Of a stretch of 64,000 nucleotides of DNA, positions 30,771-52,507 are shown piece by piece. Within the stretch, counting starts at the first letter, position 1, and every line of letters begins with the position of its first letter. This DNA is from the human T2T-CHM13v2.0 reference genome, Homo sapiens: NCBI RefSeq assembly GCF_009914755.1, contig NC_060933.1; one strand, written 5' to 3'. Made by a program: the position numbers and the translations under genes. The notes below the pieces were generated by a model. That model had not been told where the DNA came from. It was given only the letters and a program-made list of their open reading frames with translations, and ran no database searches.

Positions 30771-32654
30771 CATATTTGTATTATGATGTTGACCATCTTT
30801 TCATATGCTTCTTGGCCACTTGTATATCATCTTTGGAGAAATATCTATTGAAGTCCTTTTGTTGCCTTTTTAATCTGTTCATTGTGTCCTTTGATGAACA
30901 AAAGTTTTCAATTTTGAGGTAGTACCATCTGTATGCTTTTGGCATAGTCCCAATTTTATGTTTTTGCTTTTGTTGTCTATGCTTTTGGTGTCATTTGCAA
31001 GAAATCATTGCCAAATCCAAAATCATGATGTGTTTCTGCTATGTTGGGAATTTTCTAGTTTTGGCTTTTATATTTTGGTCTTTAATCCATTTGGAGGTTT
31101 TTTTTTTTTCTTTTGTGTGTATGGTGTAAGGGTCCAAATTCATTCATTTGTGAGTAGATATCTAGTTTTTCTGGCAACATTTGTTGAAAAGGCTGCCCTT
31201 TAGTCATCAGTTGGTCTTGGTACCTTTGTGAAAAGTGATTTGAGCACATATAGAAATGATTATTTCTAGGCTATTTTTCATTGGTCTGTATATCTGTATG
31301 TCAGTACAATACTGTTTTCATTACTGTAGCTTTGTAATACATTTTGAAATGAAGAAATATGAGTTCTCCAATATTGTTGTTTTTCAGAATTGCTGTGGCT
31401 GTTTGGGGTTGCTTAAGATTTCATATGAATTTTAGGATGGTATTTTAACTTTCTGCAAAAAGTGTCATTGGGATATTGATAAAGAGTGCATTAAATCTGT
31501 AGCTCACTTTTGGCGTTTTTTACATCTTAACAACATTGTCTTCCAATCCAGTGACATGAGATGTCTTTCCATTTATTTGTGTCCTCTATAATTTCTGTTA
31601 ATAATGTTCATAGTGTTCAGTGTACAAGTCTTTCACCCCCTTGGCTAGATTTATTTCTAGTATTTTTTTCAGTTGTAAATGGAATTGTTTTCTTAATTTC
31701 CTTTTCTGGTTATTCATTGTTAGTGTATAGAATCTTAAGGTTTTCTACATATACATGCCATCAGCAACAAGAGATAATTTTACTTCTGCCTTTTTGATTA
31801 GGATGCCTTTTATTTTTCTTGCATAGTTGCTCTGGCTAGGACATTAAATAAATACTATGTTGAATAGGAGTGGTGAGAGTGGGCAACCTCATCTTGTTCC
31901 TGATCTTAGAGAAAAAGCTTTTAGTCTTTCACTATTGAGTATGATGTTAGCTATAGGCTTTTTGTATTTGGCCTTTGTTATGTTGAAGTAGCTTCCTTCT
32001 ATTCCTAGTTGGTGGGTGTTCTTTTAATCATGAAAGGGTGTTCAATCTTGTCAAATGTTTTTTCTGTATCGAGTGAAATGCTTGTATGATTTTTGTCTTT
32101 TATTCTTTCATCGTGGTTTATTTCATAAATTGAATTTTGTATGTTTCAATTCCCCTTGCATTCAAGGCATAAATTCCACTTGGTCATGTTATGTAACCTT
32201 TTTTGCTAGTATTTTGTTTATGATTTGTGCATCAATATTCATCAGATAATTGGTCTCTAGTTTTCTTCTAGTGTTGTTTTCTAGCGTTGGTATCAGGATG
32301 ATGCTCTCCTCATAGAAGGAGCTTGAAAATACTCTCCGTACTTCAGTTATTGGTAGAGTTTGAGGAGGATTGGTGTTAATTCTTTAAATTTTTGGTAGAA
32401 TTATCCAGTGAAACCATCTAGACCCATGCTTTGTTGATAGGTTTTTGATTACTGATTCAGTCTTCTTACAAGTTACTGTTCTGTCAGATTTTCTGTTTTT
32501 TCATATTTCAGTTTTCATAAGTGTGTTTCTAGGATTGTATATACTTCCTTTGGATTATCCAATGTGTTAGAATACAATTTTGTATTTGTTAGAATACAGA
32601 TTTTTTAGAATACAGTTTTGTATTTGTTAGAATACAGTTGTTCTTAGTATTCTT
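30771..32654 (-). mobile_element. Old L1M ORF2 fragment
   Basis: RT-region motifs (tatgttgaataggagtggtgagagtgggca). Confidence 0.7.
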
Positions 32655-33209
32655 AGTTTTCCATTTCTGCATCACTTTGCTGAGGATAATGGCTTCCAGC
32701 TAAATCCATATTGCTGAAAAGGATATGATTTTTTTAACTGCTACATAGTATTCCATAGTGTATATGTATTATATTTTATTTATCCAGTCTGCTATTGATG
32801 GTCACCTAGGTTGATTCCATGTCTTTGCTATTCTGTTGTGATGCATATACAAATACATGTGTGTTTTTGGTAGAAAAATTTATTTTTCTTTGGCTACTGA
32901 GTAATCCCAGTAATGGGATTGCTGGATCAAATGGTAGTTCTATTTTTATTTTTAGCTCTTTGAGAAATCTCCAAACTGCTTTCCACAGTGACTGAACTAA
33001 TTTTCAAACCTACCAACAATGTATAAACATTGCCTTTTCTCCACAGCTTCTCCAACATCTGTTATTTTTGACTGTTTAGTAAAAGCCATTATGATTGGTG
33101 TGAGATGGTATCTCATTGTGTTTCTGATTTGCATTTCTCTGATGATTAGTGATTTTGAGCATTTCTTTCATGATTGTTGGCTGTTTGTATGTCTTCTCTT
33201 TTTTTTTTT

Positions 33210-33612
33210 AGTGTAAAGCTCTTAGTTGTCTTTTATTTGCAATTCTAGAATCATGCAGCAACTCATTCTGTAAGGCAGAATGTGTATTCAAATGAGCCGA
33301 TCTGGGGAGGTTGGTTTTATAGACAGAAAAGGGCAGAGAAAAGCAGAAACAGAAAACAAAATGTCGTTTAAAAGTTACTTTTCTTGTACAACTCAAAGCA
33401 GAGGGGATTTGGGGATTTCTTTATCCAGTTTTCACTGGCCTGTTTCGATATTTGACTGTTTCTCTCTCTTGATTTTTTGGAAGGTCAAATAATTTAGTTT
33501 CTGCTTGGTGGCCTGGAACTTCAGAATGAATGATTCCATTTTGGTTTGGTTTGTTGGGCCTAGTGCAGGAGCTCAGTCCAGACCAATGACCTCCTATACA
33601 TTTTGTTTAACA
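33210..33612 (-). mobile_element. ERV1-class LTR fragment present as 3'-transduced DNA
   Basis: On -: starts TGTTAAACAAAATG, has AATAAA at 33237-33232, and ends 22 nt later in poly(A). Confidence 0.8.
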
Positions 33613-37135
<3,523 letters not shown>

Positions 37136-38374
37136 TTAATGGGATCATTTGTTTTTTTGCTTGTTGACTTAAGTTTCTTATGGTTTCTGGATGTTAAACC
37201 TGGATGTTAGAACCCTGTTAGATGCATAATTTGTGAAAATTTTCTCCCATTCTGTATGTTGACTGTTTACTCTTTGATAGTTTCTCTTGCTATGCAGAAG
37301 CTCTTTAGCTATGCAGAAGCTCTTTAGTTTAATTAGATCCCATTTGTCAATTTTTGTTGCAGTTGCTTTTGATGTCTTCATCATAAAATCTTTGCCAGTT
37401 CCTGTGTCCAGAATGGTATTGCCTAGGTGGTCTTCAAAGGTTTTTTTAGCTTTTGTTTTCATATTTAAGTCTTTAATCCATCTTGAGTATGGTGTAAGGA
37501 AGGGGTCCAGTTTCAATCTTCCGCATTTGGCTAGCCAGTTATCTCAGCACCATTTATTGAATAGGGGGTCTTTTCCCCATTTCATGTTTTTGTCAGCTTT
37601 GTTAAGGATCAGGTAATTGTAGGTGTGCAACTTTATTTCTGGGTTCTCTATTCTGTTCCATTGGTCTCTGTGTCTGTTTTTGTACCAATAGTACCATGCT
37701 ATTTTGGTTACTGTAGCCCTGTAGTATAGTTTGAGGTTGGATAATGTGATGCATCTGGCTTTGTTCATTTTGCTTAGGATTGCTTTGTCTAATTGGGCTT
37801 TTTGGTTTCATATAAATTTTGGAATAGTTTTTGTAATTCTGTCAAAAGTGACGTTGGTAGTTTGGTAAGAATAGCATCGAATTTGTAGATTCCTTCATGG
37901 AGTAGGGCCATCTTAATGATATTGATTCTTCCAATCCATGAGCATGGCATATTTTTCAATTGGTTTGTGTCATCTATGATTTCTCTTATCAGTGTTTTGT
38001 ACTTCTTCTTGTAAAGATCTTTCACCTTCTTGTTTAGATGTACTCCTGGGTATTTTGTTATTTTTTGTGGCTATTGTAAATGGGATTGTGTTTGATTTGC
38101 TTTGCAGCTTGAACATTATTGGGATTTAGAAATGCTGCTGATTTTTGTGCATTGATTTTTGTATCCTGAAACTTTACTGAAATTATGTATTCCCTAGGAG
38201 ACTTTTGGTGGAATTTGTAGGGTTTTCTATGTATAGAATCATATCATCAGTGACAAGGGGTAACGTGACTTCTTTTCCTATTTGTATGTCATTTATTTTT
38301 TTCTCTTGACTGATTGCTCTGGCTAGGACTTCTAGTACTATGTTGAATAGGAGTGGTAAGAGTGGGCATGGCTT

Positions 38375-39397
38375 CTAATTAAACTAAAGAGGTTCTGCAC
38401 AGCAGAAGAAACTAGCATCAGAGTGAACAGTCAACCTACAGAATGAAAGAAAATGTTTGCAATCTACCATTCTGACAAAGGTATCCAGAATCTACAAGGA
38501 ACTTAAACAAATTTACAAGTAAAAAACAACCCCATCAAAAAGTAGGCGAAGGACATGAACAGACACTTCTCCTTCAAAAGTGGACATTTATGATGCCAAC
38601 AAACATAGGAAAAAAGCTTATCAGTAGTCATTAGAGAAATGCATATCAAAACCACTATGAGATACCATCTCACGCCAGTTAGAACAGCGATTATTAAAAA
38701 GTTAGGAAACAACAGATGCTGGCAGTGCTATGGAGAAATAGAAACACTTTTACACTGATGGTGGGAGTGCAAATTAGTTCAACCATTGTGGAAGACAGTG
38801 TGGCGATTCCTCAGGGATCTAGAACCAGGAACACCATTTGACCCAGCAATACCGTTACTGGGTATATACTCAAAGGGTTATAAATCATTCTACTATAAAG
38901 ACACATGCACACGTATGTTTATTGCAGCACTATGTACAATAGCAAAGACTTGGAACCAACCCAAATGCCCATCAGTGATAGACTGGATAAAGAAAATGTG
39001 GTAGATATACACCATGGAATACTATGCAGCCATAAAAGAGAATGAGTTCACATCCTTTGCAGGGACATGGATGAAGATGGAAGCTATCATCCTCAGCAAA
39101 CTAACACAGGAACAGAAAACCAGCACTGCATGTTCTCACTCATAAGTGGGAGTTGAACAATGAGAACACATGAACACAGGAAGGGGAGCATCATACACTG
39201 ATGCCTGTTGTGGGGTAGTGGGGAAGGGGAGGGAGAGCATTACGACAAATACCTAATGCATATTTCGGGGTTAACACCTAGTTGATGGGTTGATGAGTGC
39301 AGCAAACATCATGGCACATGTATACCCATGCAACAAACCTTCACGATCTGCACATGTATCTGAGAACTTAAAAAAAATAAAATAAAGAAAAGAAAGA
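38375..39397 (+). mobile_element. 5'-truncated sense L1 (L1PA7/8-like), ~1 kb
   Basis: ORF2 C-terminus 38786..39004 on +, 3'UTR, A-rich tail; degenerate TSD aagagtgggcat/aagattaggtat. Confidence 0.9.
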
Positions 39398-39896
39398 TTA
39401 GGTATCTCTGTATTTTTCCAGTTCTTAAAGGGAATGCTTCCAGCTTTTGCCAGTATGATCAGTATGATGTTGGCTGTGGGTTTGTCGTAGATGGCTCGTA
39501 GTATTTTGGGGTGTGTTCCGTCAATACCTAGTTTGTCGAGAGTTTTTATCATGAAGGGTTGTTAGATTTTATCAAAAGCTTCTCTGTGTCTATTGAGATG
39601 ATCATATGGTTTTGTTTTTAATTCTATTTTATAATTGAGTTTTAAAATCTAATTTATCTAAAGGTTTATCAATTTTTTTAATTTTATTATTATTATACTT
39701 TAAGTTTTAGGGTACATGTGCACAACGTGCAGGTTTGTTACATATGTATACATGTGCCATGTTGGTGTGCTGCACCCATTAAGTCGTCATTTAGCATTAG
39801 GTATATCTCCTAATGCTATCCCTCCCCCCTCCCCCCACCCCACAACAGTCCCCGGAGTGTGATGTTCCCCTTCCTGTGTCCATGTGATCTCATTGT

Positions 39897-43716
<3,820 letters not shown>

Positions 43717-43779
43717 TATGATGTTAGCTGGTTATTTTGCTCGTTAGTTGATGCAGTTTCTTCCTATCCTTGATGGTCT

Positions 43780-44793
43780 TTACATTTTGGCATGTTTTTG
43801 CAGTGGCTGGTACCGGTTGTTCCTTTCCATGTTTAGTGCTTCCTTCAGGAGCTCTTTTAGGGCAGGCCTGGTGGTGACAAAATCTCTCAGCATTTGTTTG
43901 TCTGTAAAGTATTTTATTTCTCCTTCACTTATGAAGGTTAGGTTGGCTGGATATGAAATTCTGGGTTGAAAATTATTTTTTTTAAGAATGTTGAATATAG
44001 GCCCCCACTCTCTTCTGGCTTGTAGAGTTTCTGCCGAGAGCTCCGCTGTTCGTCTGATGGGCTTCCCTTTGTGGGTAACCCGACCTTTCTCTCTGGCTGC
44101 CCTTAACATTTTTTCCTTCATTTCAACTTTGGTGAATCTGACAATTATGTGTCTTGGAGTTGCTCTTCTCGAGGAGTATCTTTGTGGCGTTCTCTGTGTT
44201 TCCTGAATCTGAATGTTGGCCAAACTTGCTAGATTGGGGAAGTTCTCCTGGATAATATCCTGCAGAGTGTTTTCCAACTTGGTTCCATTCTCCCCGACAC
44301 TTTCAGGTACACCAATCAGACGTAGATTTGGTCTTTTCACATAGTCCCATATTTCTTGGAGGCTTTGTTCGTTTCTTTTTATTCTTTTTTCTCTAAACTT
44401 CTCTTCTCACTTCATTTCATTCATTTCATCTTCCATCACTGATACCCTTTCTTCCAGTTGATCGCATCGGCTAATGAGGCTTCTGCAGTCCACGTAGCTC
44501 TTGTGCCTTGGTTTTCAGCTCCATCAGGTTCTTTAAGGACTTCTCTGCATTAGTTGTTCTAGTTATCCATTCGTCTAATTTTTTTTTCAAACTTTTAACT
44601 TCTTTCCCATTGGTTTGAATTTCCTCTTGTAGCTTGGAGTAGTTTGACTGTTTGAAGCCTTCTTCTCTCAACTTGTCAAAGTCATTCTCCATCCAGCTTT
44701 GTTCCGTTGCTGGTGAGGAGCTCTGTCCTTTGGAGGAGGAGAGGTGCTCTGGTTTTTAGAGTTTCCAGTTTTTCTTCTCTGTTTTTTCCCCAT
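43780..44793 (-). pseudogene. L1 ORF1 of copy B, disrupted
   Basis: Pieces 44471..44692 and 43780..44340; ATG at 44793-44791. Confidence 0.92.
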
Positions 44794-45219
44794 CTTTGTG
44801 GTTTTATCTACTTTTGGTCTTTGATGGTGGTGACTTACAGATGGGTTTTTAGTGTGGATGTGCTTTTTGTTTGTTAGTTTTCCTTCTATCAGACAGGACC
44901 CTCAGCTGCAGGTCTGTTGGAGTTTGCTAGAGGTCCACTCCAGACCCTGTTTGCCTGGGTATCAGCAGCGGTGGCTTTAGAATAGCGGATATTGGTGACC
45001 CGCAAATGCTGCTGCCTGATCGTTCCTCTGGAAGTTTTGTCTCAGAGGAGTACCTGGCCATGTGAGGTGTCTGTCAGTCTGCCCCTACTGGGGGGTGCCT
45101 CCCAGTTAGGCTGCTCGGGGGTCAGGGACCCTCTTGAGGAGGCAGTCTGCCCGTTCTCAGATCTCTAGCCGCGTGCTGCGAGAACCACTACTCTCTTCAA
45201 AGCTGTCAGACAGGGACAT

Positions 45220-45420
45220 TTATGTCTGCAGAGGTTACTGCTGTCTTTTTGTTTGTCTGTGCCCTGCCCCCAGAGGTGGAGCCTACAGAGGCAGGCAGGC
45301 CTCCTTGAGCTGTGGTTGGGCTCCACCCAGTTCCAGCTTCAGGGCTGCTTTGTTTACCTAATCAAGCCTGGGCAATGGCAGGCACTCCTCCCCCAGCCTC
45401 GCTGCCACCTTGCAGTTTGG
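45220..45420 (+). promoter_or_regulatory. L1 antisense promoter region, co-directional with CNTLN
   Basis: Position ~+400-600 of an intact L1PA 5'UTR (established location of the ASP); activity not shown. Confidence 0.55.
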
Positions 45421-45836
45421 TCTCAGACTGCTGTGCTAGCAATCAGCGAGACTCTGTGGGCGTAGGACCCTCTGAGCCAGGTGCGGGTTATAATCTGGTG
45501 TGCCGTTTTTTAATCCCGTCAGAAAAGTGCAGTATTAGGGTGGGAGTGACCCGATTTTCCAGGTGCTGTCTGTCACCCCTTTCTTTGACTAGGAAAGGGA
45601 ACTCCCTGACCCCTTGTGCTTCCCGAGTTAGGCCATGCCTCGCCCTGCTCTGGCTAGCGCACGGTGCGCTGCACCCACTGTCCTGCACCCACTGCCTGGC
45701 ACTCCCTAGTGAGATGAACCCGGTACCTCAGATGGAAATGCAGAAATCACCTGTCTTCTGCATCGCTCATGCTGGGAACTGTAGACCGGAGCTGTTCCTA
45801 TTCGGCCATGTTGGCTCCATCTGTATCAATTTTTAA
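45375..45836 (+). CDS. L1 ORF0, extended to 153 codons (MAGTPPPASLPPCSLVSDCCASN...)
   Basis: gcaATGg start with the ORF0-type N-terminus; open to 45836 (part of track ORF 45312..45836). Translation unproven. Confidence 0.6.
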   Translation: MAGTPPPASLPPCSLVSDCCASNQRDSVGVGPSEPGAGYNLVCRFLIPSEKCSIRVGVTRFSRCCLSPLSLTRKGNSLTPCASRVRPCLALLWLAHGALHPLSCTHCLALPSEMNPVPQMEMQKSPVFCIAHAGNCRPELFLFGHVGSICINF

Positions 45837-46449
45837 ATATCTCTTCCAAATCCAACTCTTATTTAAAATTTTTTTTCTATTGTTTTGTTATTTAATTAAC
45901 CACTACTCTAATCTTTCTTATTTCCTTTCTTCTGCTAACTTTTGGTTCAATTTGTTCTTCTTCTAATTGTTTCCAATGTGTAAATTTAGGTTGTTGAGAT
46001 TTTTCTTCCTTTTTAATGTACTACATACTTAACAGCTATAAACTTGCCTCTTACCATTCCTTTTTCTGCATCCCAGAAGTTTTGGTTTTGGTATGTTTTC
46101 TAATTTTTATTTGTCTCAAGGTATTTTCTAATTTCTTTCTTTCATGATCTCTTGTTTGGTCAATTGGTTGTTTAAGAATGTTTTGCTTAATTTCCATGTG
46201 GATGAAAAATTTCCAGTTTTCCTTCTGTAATTGATTTCTGGTTTTATTACATTGTGATCAGAAAAAATACTTTATATAATTTTAGTATTTTAAAAATTGT
46301 TGAGCCTTGTTTTATGGTCTGTCATGGAGAATGTTTCATGTGCCATTAAGATGAATGTATATTCTGTTGTTGTTGAGTGGAATATTCTGTATTATTCTTT
46401 TAGTTCCATTTGTTCTGTAGTGTTGTTCTACTCCTCTATTTCATTATTT

Positions 46450-46535
46450 TGGTTCTAGACCACCACAATAAAGGGAATATTGTAATAAAGTGAGTTACAC
46501 AAGTGTTTTTGGTTTTTGACTTCATATAATTATAT
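46450..46535 (+). mobile_element. Tigger1-like terminal fragment
   Basis: ggttctagaccaccacaataaagggaatattgtaataaagtgagt. Confidence 0.65.
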
Positions 46536-47456
46536 TGTACATTTGTTTTAAGATTTATTTCTGGTTATTTTATGTTTCTTGTTGGTATTGTAAATGTTTA
46601 GTTTTATAGAAAATCATCTGAGTTTTGCACAGTCATCTTTTATAATCTTGCTCAACTCTAGCTCTAAGTGCTTACACTTTGTTTTTGTTTTTTTGGTGGA
46701 AGATCATATTGGCTGCTAATAAGAATGGTTTACTCTTTCTGTTAATATTTATATATTTAATGTCTGTTCTTTTTTCCCTTCTCTTAGTATATTACCTAAA
46801 ATCCCCAGGACAATTTTAATATAAAACCAGTTTGTTCTTGATTTTTTAATGAACATTTCACCATTAATTATGATATTTGCTGATTTTTGGCATTCATATT
46901 ACTAAAGTAAGAAAATTCTTCTGTATTCCTATTTTGTTGTTAGTTTTTGTTTTTAAATCGTAAGGTGTTGGATTGTTTTGGATGATTTTTCTGACTCTAT
47001 TGGCATCTTCATATTTTTTTCCTTTAATCTCTTAATGTGGTAAATTATATTAACAGATTTTCTAATGTTAAGGCATCCTTATATTTCTGGAACCAAATCA
47101 TCTCAATAAATTACCCAAATCTTTCTTCAATACTAGTATAGCTTATTTTGGATTTTTGCATCTATATGCCTAAGTGATATTGCCCTGAAATGTTCCTTTT
47201 TATGTCCTTCCCTTTCTAACGTGGATAACAGGTCATTTCATAAAATGAGTTGAGAACATCCTTTTAAAATTCTGTGTAATGTTTCTCACAAGATGGGGGT
47301 TATTCATTTATTGTAATGTTTATAGACCTTACCTTTAAACCTTTAGGACCAGATAAGGTGTTTTTTTGAGTCAGCTTCATATAATTGATTAAATGTGTTG
47401 ATATTTGTAACATTTTAAATTATCCTTTTGAAATTTTCTATTTTTTCTTTTTTTGA

Positions 47457-47876
<420 letters not shown>

Positions 47877-48515
47877 ACTATTTTTGTTTTTTACCTTGGG
47901 AGCATGATTTGTGGGGGCGCACCATAAATCATGCACCAGATTTGCGGTTCACTGACCTTCCAAAAATGGAAACCCAGGCTGGAATTCTGTGTGAGGGCTA
48001 GCTTTAGGACCACCTGTACTAAGGGGTGCATTTTCCTCCTTCGTTTTCTTTCTTTCTTTGCTTAGTATTACAAATGAAGTTCTGTTACTTATTCTGGATT
48101 CCATTCTAGTAATTTAGGTTTTTCATGAAAATTGTTCTAGATTTGTATACTTACTGGAAAACTTGTTCTAGTATTTTCTAATGATTAAAATACATATATT
48201 ATATCCACCAGAAGCTGACATTTGGATTTCTGTTTTCAGCCTATCTTTCTTGTAGTCTGCTTTATCATGATGAATGGATCCACCATTCACCTCTTTGCTC
48301 CCAGGCCATATCCCTACGAGAGATCTTTAATTCCTGTTTTTATCTTGCAACTCCACAGACACTTATCAACAGGTCCTGTCATTTTTACCTTCAGAATATA
48401 TTTTAAATTTGACTCTTCATCACCTCTGTTATTACTTATCAAGCCACCATCAGCTTTGGCTGGATTATTTTCAATAATTTTTGATTTGGTTCCTCTATGT
48501 CTACTCTTCACGTAA

Positions 48516-49011
<496 letters not shown>

Positions 49012-50369
49012 AGATAATGTTTATTTCTGATTGTTCACTTCATTGACTCTGTTTTTGAAGGTTAGATTTTGAAGGGTGTGTCTTGATGGGAATGTTTTAC
49101 CATCCTCTATTTCTACCCTGGTGTTCGTTTATCGCTTTTAAGCTATTTTGAGGTTCCTGGTACTTTTTGGTACCTCAGTCTGGAGCTAGATCTTCTTTCC
49201 AGCCTGAGGCATCTTGTCCCTCCCTGATATTTGGCAGAAATCAGATTGAATCTTGAGATGAGCAGCTTTACCCAGATCCTATCTGTGGTGTGTTAAAAAA
49301 TTTCTTCTGTGTCTCCAGACCATAGTCATAATCTGTTTTTGGTTTCTTTTTTAAGAGTATGAGAGCCCTTCTGTAGTCCCCAGTTTCATTTTCTGAGTTT
49401 GGATTCTTTCCCCTGCTAAGCATAAAAATACATTTACTCCTAACTGTCAGTAGTTGAACATCTGCCACCTCTGTATATGTTGGGCACAAAGATAGAGTAA
49501 GTTTTTAAAAAGGCTTGCTTTCCCTCCCTCCCTCCTTCTGCCCTTATTTTCTCCCCTCTGTCTTCCTCTCCTTCCTCCATCTAGTTGTTTATAAACCTTT
49601 GTTATTTATCTATCATTGTCTTTTCTTTTTTTACAGATAATTAGGAATTTCTAGTGCTTTATCTAAAACTTGGTGTTTATGTTTGGAAATAATGAATGTA
49701 TGGTGTTTCTGTTGGCATACTTTATTTAGATATATATTTAGTTCTTTGCAAAAGTAATTAAAATTAATTTTATAATATATTTAAAACACCTAATTTTAAA
49801 ATCCTTTCACAATGAAAAATATTTAGAGAATGATCAGGAGGAAAAGATCAGCTTTCAAGAACTTTAGGTAAATTTCACCACAGTCAAGAGAATTGAACAC
49901 GATCTGAGTCTCAAACTCTGAAAAACTTTTTTGATGTCTTTGAAGCACTGTCCTTTCTTCTTGAAATGTATCTGTGTATTTGCACTTCAAACAGAGAAAA
50001 CAGGGAAATAAGTAAATGTCTATAATTTGTTGTGATTAATGTTGAAGTAAATGAGTTCATTTTTGTTCAGCTAATGTATTACTTTATTGTACAATAATTT
50101 AATAACTACATTTTTTATACATATCTTCTAGTTTATTTGCTTCAGATTCTTAACTTTTACACCAAGAGGCCATGATGTTTTTAAGTTTTTGAAAGAAAAA
50201 ATCTGTGACTGGTATAAAAGTTATTGTTTGTGTTAAAATTATTTTAAGTAAGTGAAAAAATTAAAACTATTTTTCTCTGTCATTTTGTAGAATAATTAAA
50301 TATAACAGATGTTTTGTTACATGTAGTATTTATTATGTTTGATTATTGATATAAGCACTCTAATTTTAG

Positions 50370-50503
50370 ACCTTTGAAGACAATTTAATTGAAGCAAGGA
50401 AAGAAGTTGAAGTATCACAGAGTAAATACAATGCTCTATCATTACAGTTGAGTAATAAACAGACTGAACTTATCCAGAAGGATATGGATATTACCCTGGT
50501 CAG
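50370..50503 (+). CDS. CNTLN: Centlein coding exon (134 nt; probably exon 6): TFEDNLIEARKEVEVSQSKYNALSLQLSNKQTELIQKDMDITLV(R)
   Basis: taattttAG acceptor; in-frame continuation of the previous exon; ends CAG|GCAAGT (GC donor), phase 0 to phase 2. Confidence 0.92.
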
Positions 50504-50509
50504 GCAAGT
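50501..50509 (+). promoter_or_regulatory. Non-canonical GC 5' splice site (GC-AG intron)
   Basis: CAG|GCAAGT matches the U1 consensus at every position except +2. Confidence 0.85.
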
Positions 50510-51090
50510 ATATTCAATTTTTAATTTAACATCATAGAAATGTCATTAGTTATTCAGAATGATACCATTTATACTTATTACTAACACCCTAAAATAATAA
50601 CTATGTTTTCTGTGGTTATATATGTTTGTGCATTGAGAATCTGGAGTTATTTACACTAACTTGAAAAATTGCCTGGAAGAATGAGTGGGTCTACAGGATT
50701 GGACGAGCATGGTCAAGGGGTACCCTAGTTTCAGTTTTTAACAAGGATATTGCAATGCTTTCATTCATTGTTTTCTTCTAACATTTCTAGCCATGTGTTA
50801 CATGATGCTCATATTGTTACAGTGAACAATAGTAACTGAGAAACAAATTTTGACTTTAATTTTATTATATTCTATATAGTTTGTTTTAAAGCAGTCTTTC
50901 TATATCAACATAATTGATTTTGTAATACTATTCATAAAGTTGGATTACTTGAAAAAGGAAGCACGATACTCTTGTATTTCTGTTTTTTAAAGATGTTAAA
51001 ACTATTAATTTACTTTGTAATTACCTTTTCCAGAAAATAGTATGAGAGAGAATAAATTAAGACAGAACTTTTCCTTGGTTCATAGATCAA

Positions 51091-51145
<55 letters not shown>

Positions 51146-51170
51146 GTATCTTTCTATCTATCCATCCATC
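51091..51170. repeat. (TATC)13 STR with degenerate TATC/CATC tail
   Basis: Perfect run 51091-51142. Confidence 0.97.
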
Positions 51171-52507
51171 CACATGCATGAAAGGACATGCATGCATGTT
51201 TGTATTTATTTTGCATGCATGTGTTTATTTATTTTGGTAGCACCAGAGCATGGGATCGAAGATATGCTTCTAGAGGTATATAATAGAGTTTGATTGTATA
51301 ATTTATTTTAATTTAAAAACTAAGTGATAAATAAATGATGGATACATCACTGCCATTCTGGTACACATTGGGTGGAGTTCTTTGGTAAAACTTGTCTGGG
51401 AATTTTCCTTCATGTTAGTGGGCATTGGTAAGGGGGTCAAGTTAGTGCTGTTTATGACGTAGTTTTTATAGTTCCATTAGGCAAAATACAGTTTTGTAAA
51501 TTTAAATATGCCATTGTGAATTTAGTTTGGATGAAAACTGTTTACCATTACTGAAGCCAATAAAGTTAAAATGAATTAGGACATTAACAGATTCCTTGTA
51601 TCACATTTTAAAAACTTTCTCATCATAAGGGTGAGGAAAAGTATAAACTTTATAGATGATAGACTGGTTAACATATCAACTCATGTTATAATTATTTTTA
51701 AAACAATAACGAAGTCAGAAAAGTAATTCTAAATAGGAATAGAATCTTAGATTTGGATGAAATTTAAAAATTATTATTTATTCTTATCCTCTTCCTAGTA
51801 AGATTGCATAGCGTTTAGTCTTTCCTTGAAAACTTAGTTTAAAAGTTTCTGATGCTTTTCAAGACTGCTATTTTCATTTTATATTGTTTAAATTTTTGAA
51901 CATTGTTTTACATGTACTTAGTTGAAATTTGCCTTTTTATAATTCCCACCCATTTATTGTAGTTTTATTATCTGGAGAATCTCAGAAACCATCTAATCCC
52001 TATTCTGTAACATAGCTCAGTGGTCTCAGACATTTATCAATGACAACATTTTTTCACTAATTGATCAACTACTCCTATTTCTTACATAAACTCTCCATGT
52101 ACATATTTCACAGATGTTATCATGTTTTGGGTTACCTTTCTGACTGTTTTCCATATTGTCAATCTTCTTAAAATATAACATCTGGAACTGCATAAAATAT
52201 TTCAACAAAGACCTTTACATTTTAGAGTATGATGGTGCTAGGCTATTAGAACAAACATGGTGTTCATTCTAGGATACAGTGCAGTGTTAAGGACATGGGA
52301 TATAACAACTATGTTTTCTTCTACATTTTGCGTGAGTTTGTATATTTAAATTTAGTGTATTGCAAGAGCTGTAAGTTATTATAAATAAAGCAAGAATATC
52401 CTTGCATGCACTTTTTCTTATACAATAGTAAAAGAATAATAGCTAGTGGGCCATGTGTAATTCTAAGAGTTTGATTATAAGGACCTATAGAGGCATATGG
52501 CCTATGT

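Noticed and set aside
32565-32640. Four spaced ttagaataca repeats resembling a small array
   Set aside because: Short, irregular slippage duplications at an L1 junction; not CRISPR-like in a primate intron.
38375-39397. Sense L1 segment as a twin-priming inversion of a neighbour
   Set aside because: It has its own 3'UTR, A tail and degenerate TSD, and the host L1 resumes colinearly, so it is a separate insertion.
45801-45817. Loss of the YY1 site at the L1 5' end (gccatgtt instead of gccatctt)
   Set aside because: The change falls at the degenerate position of CCATNTT, so loss of binding cannot be claimed.
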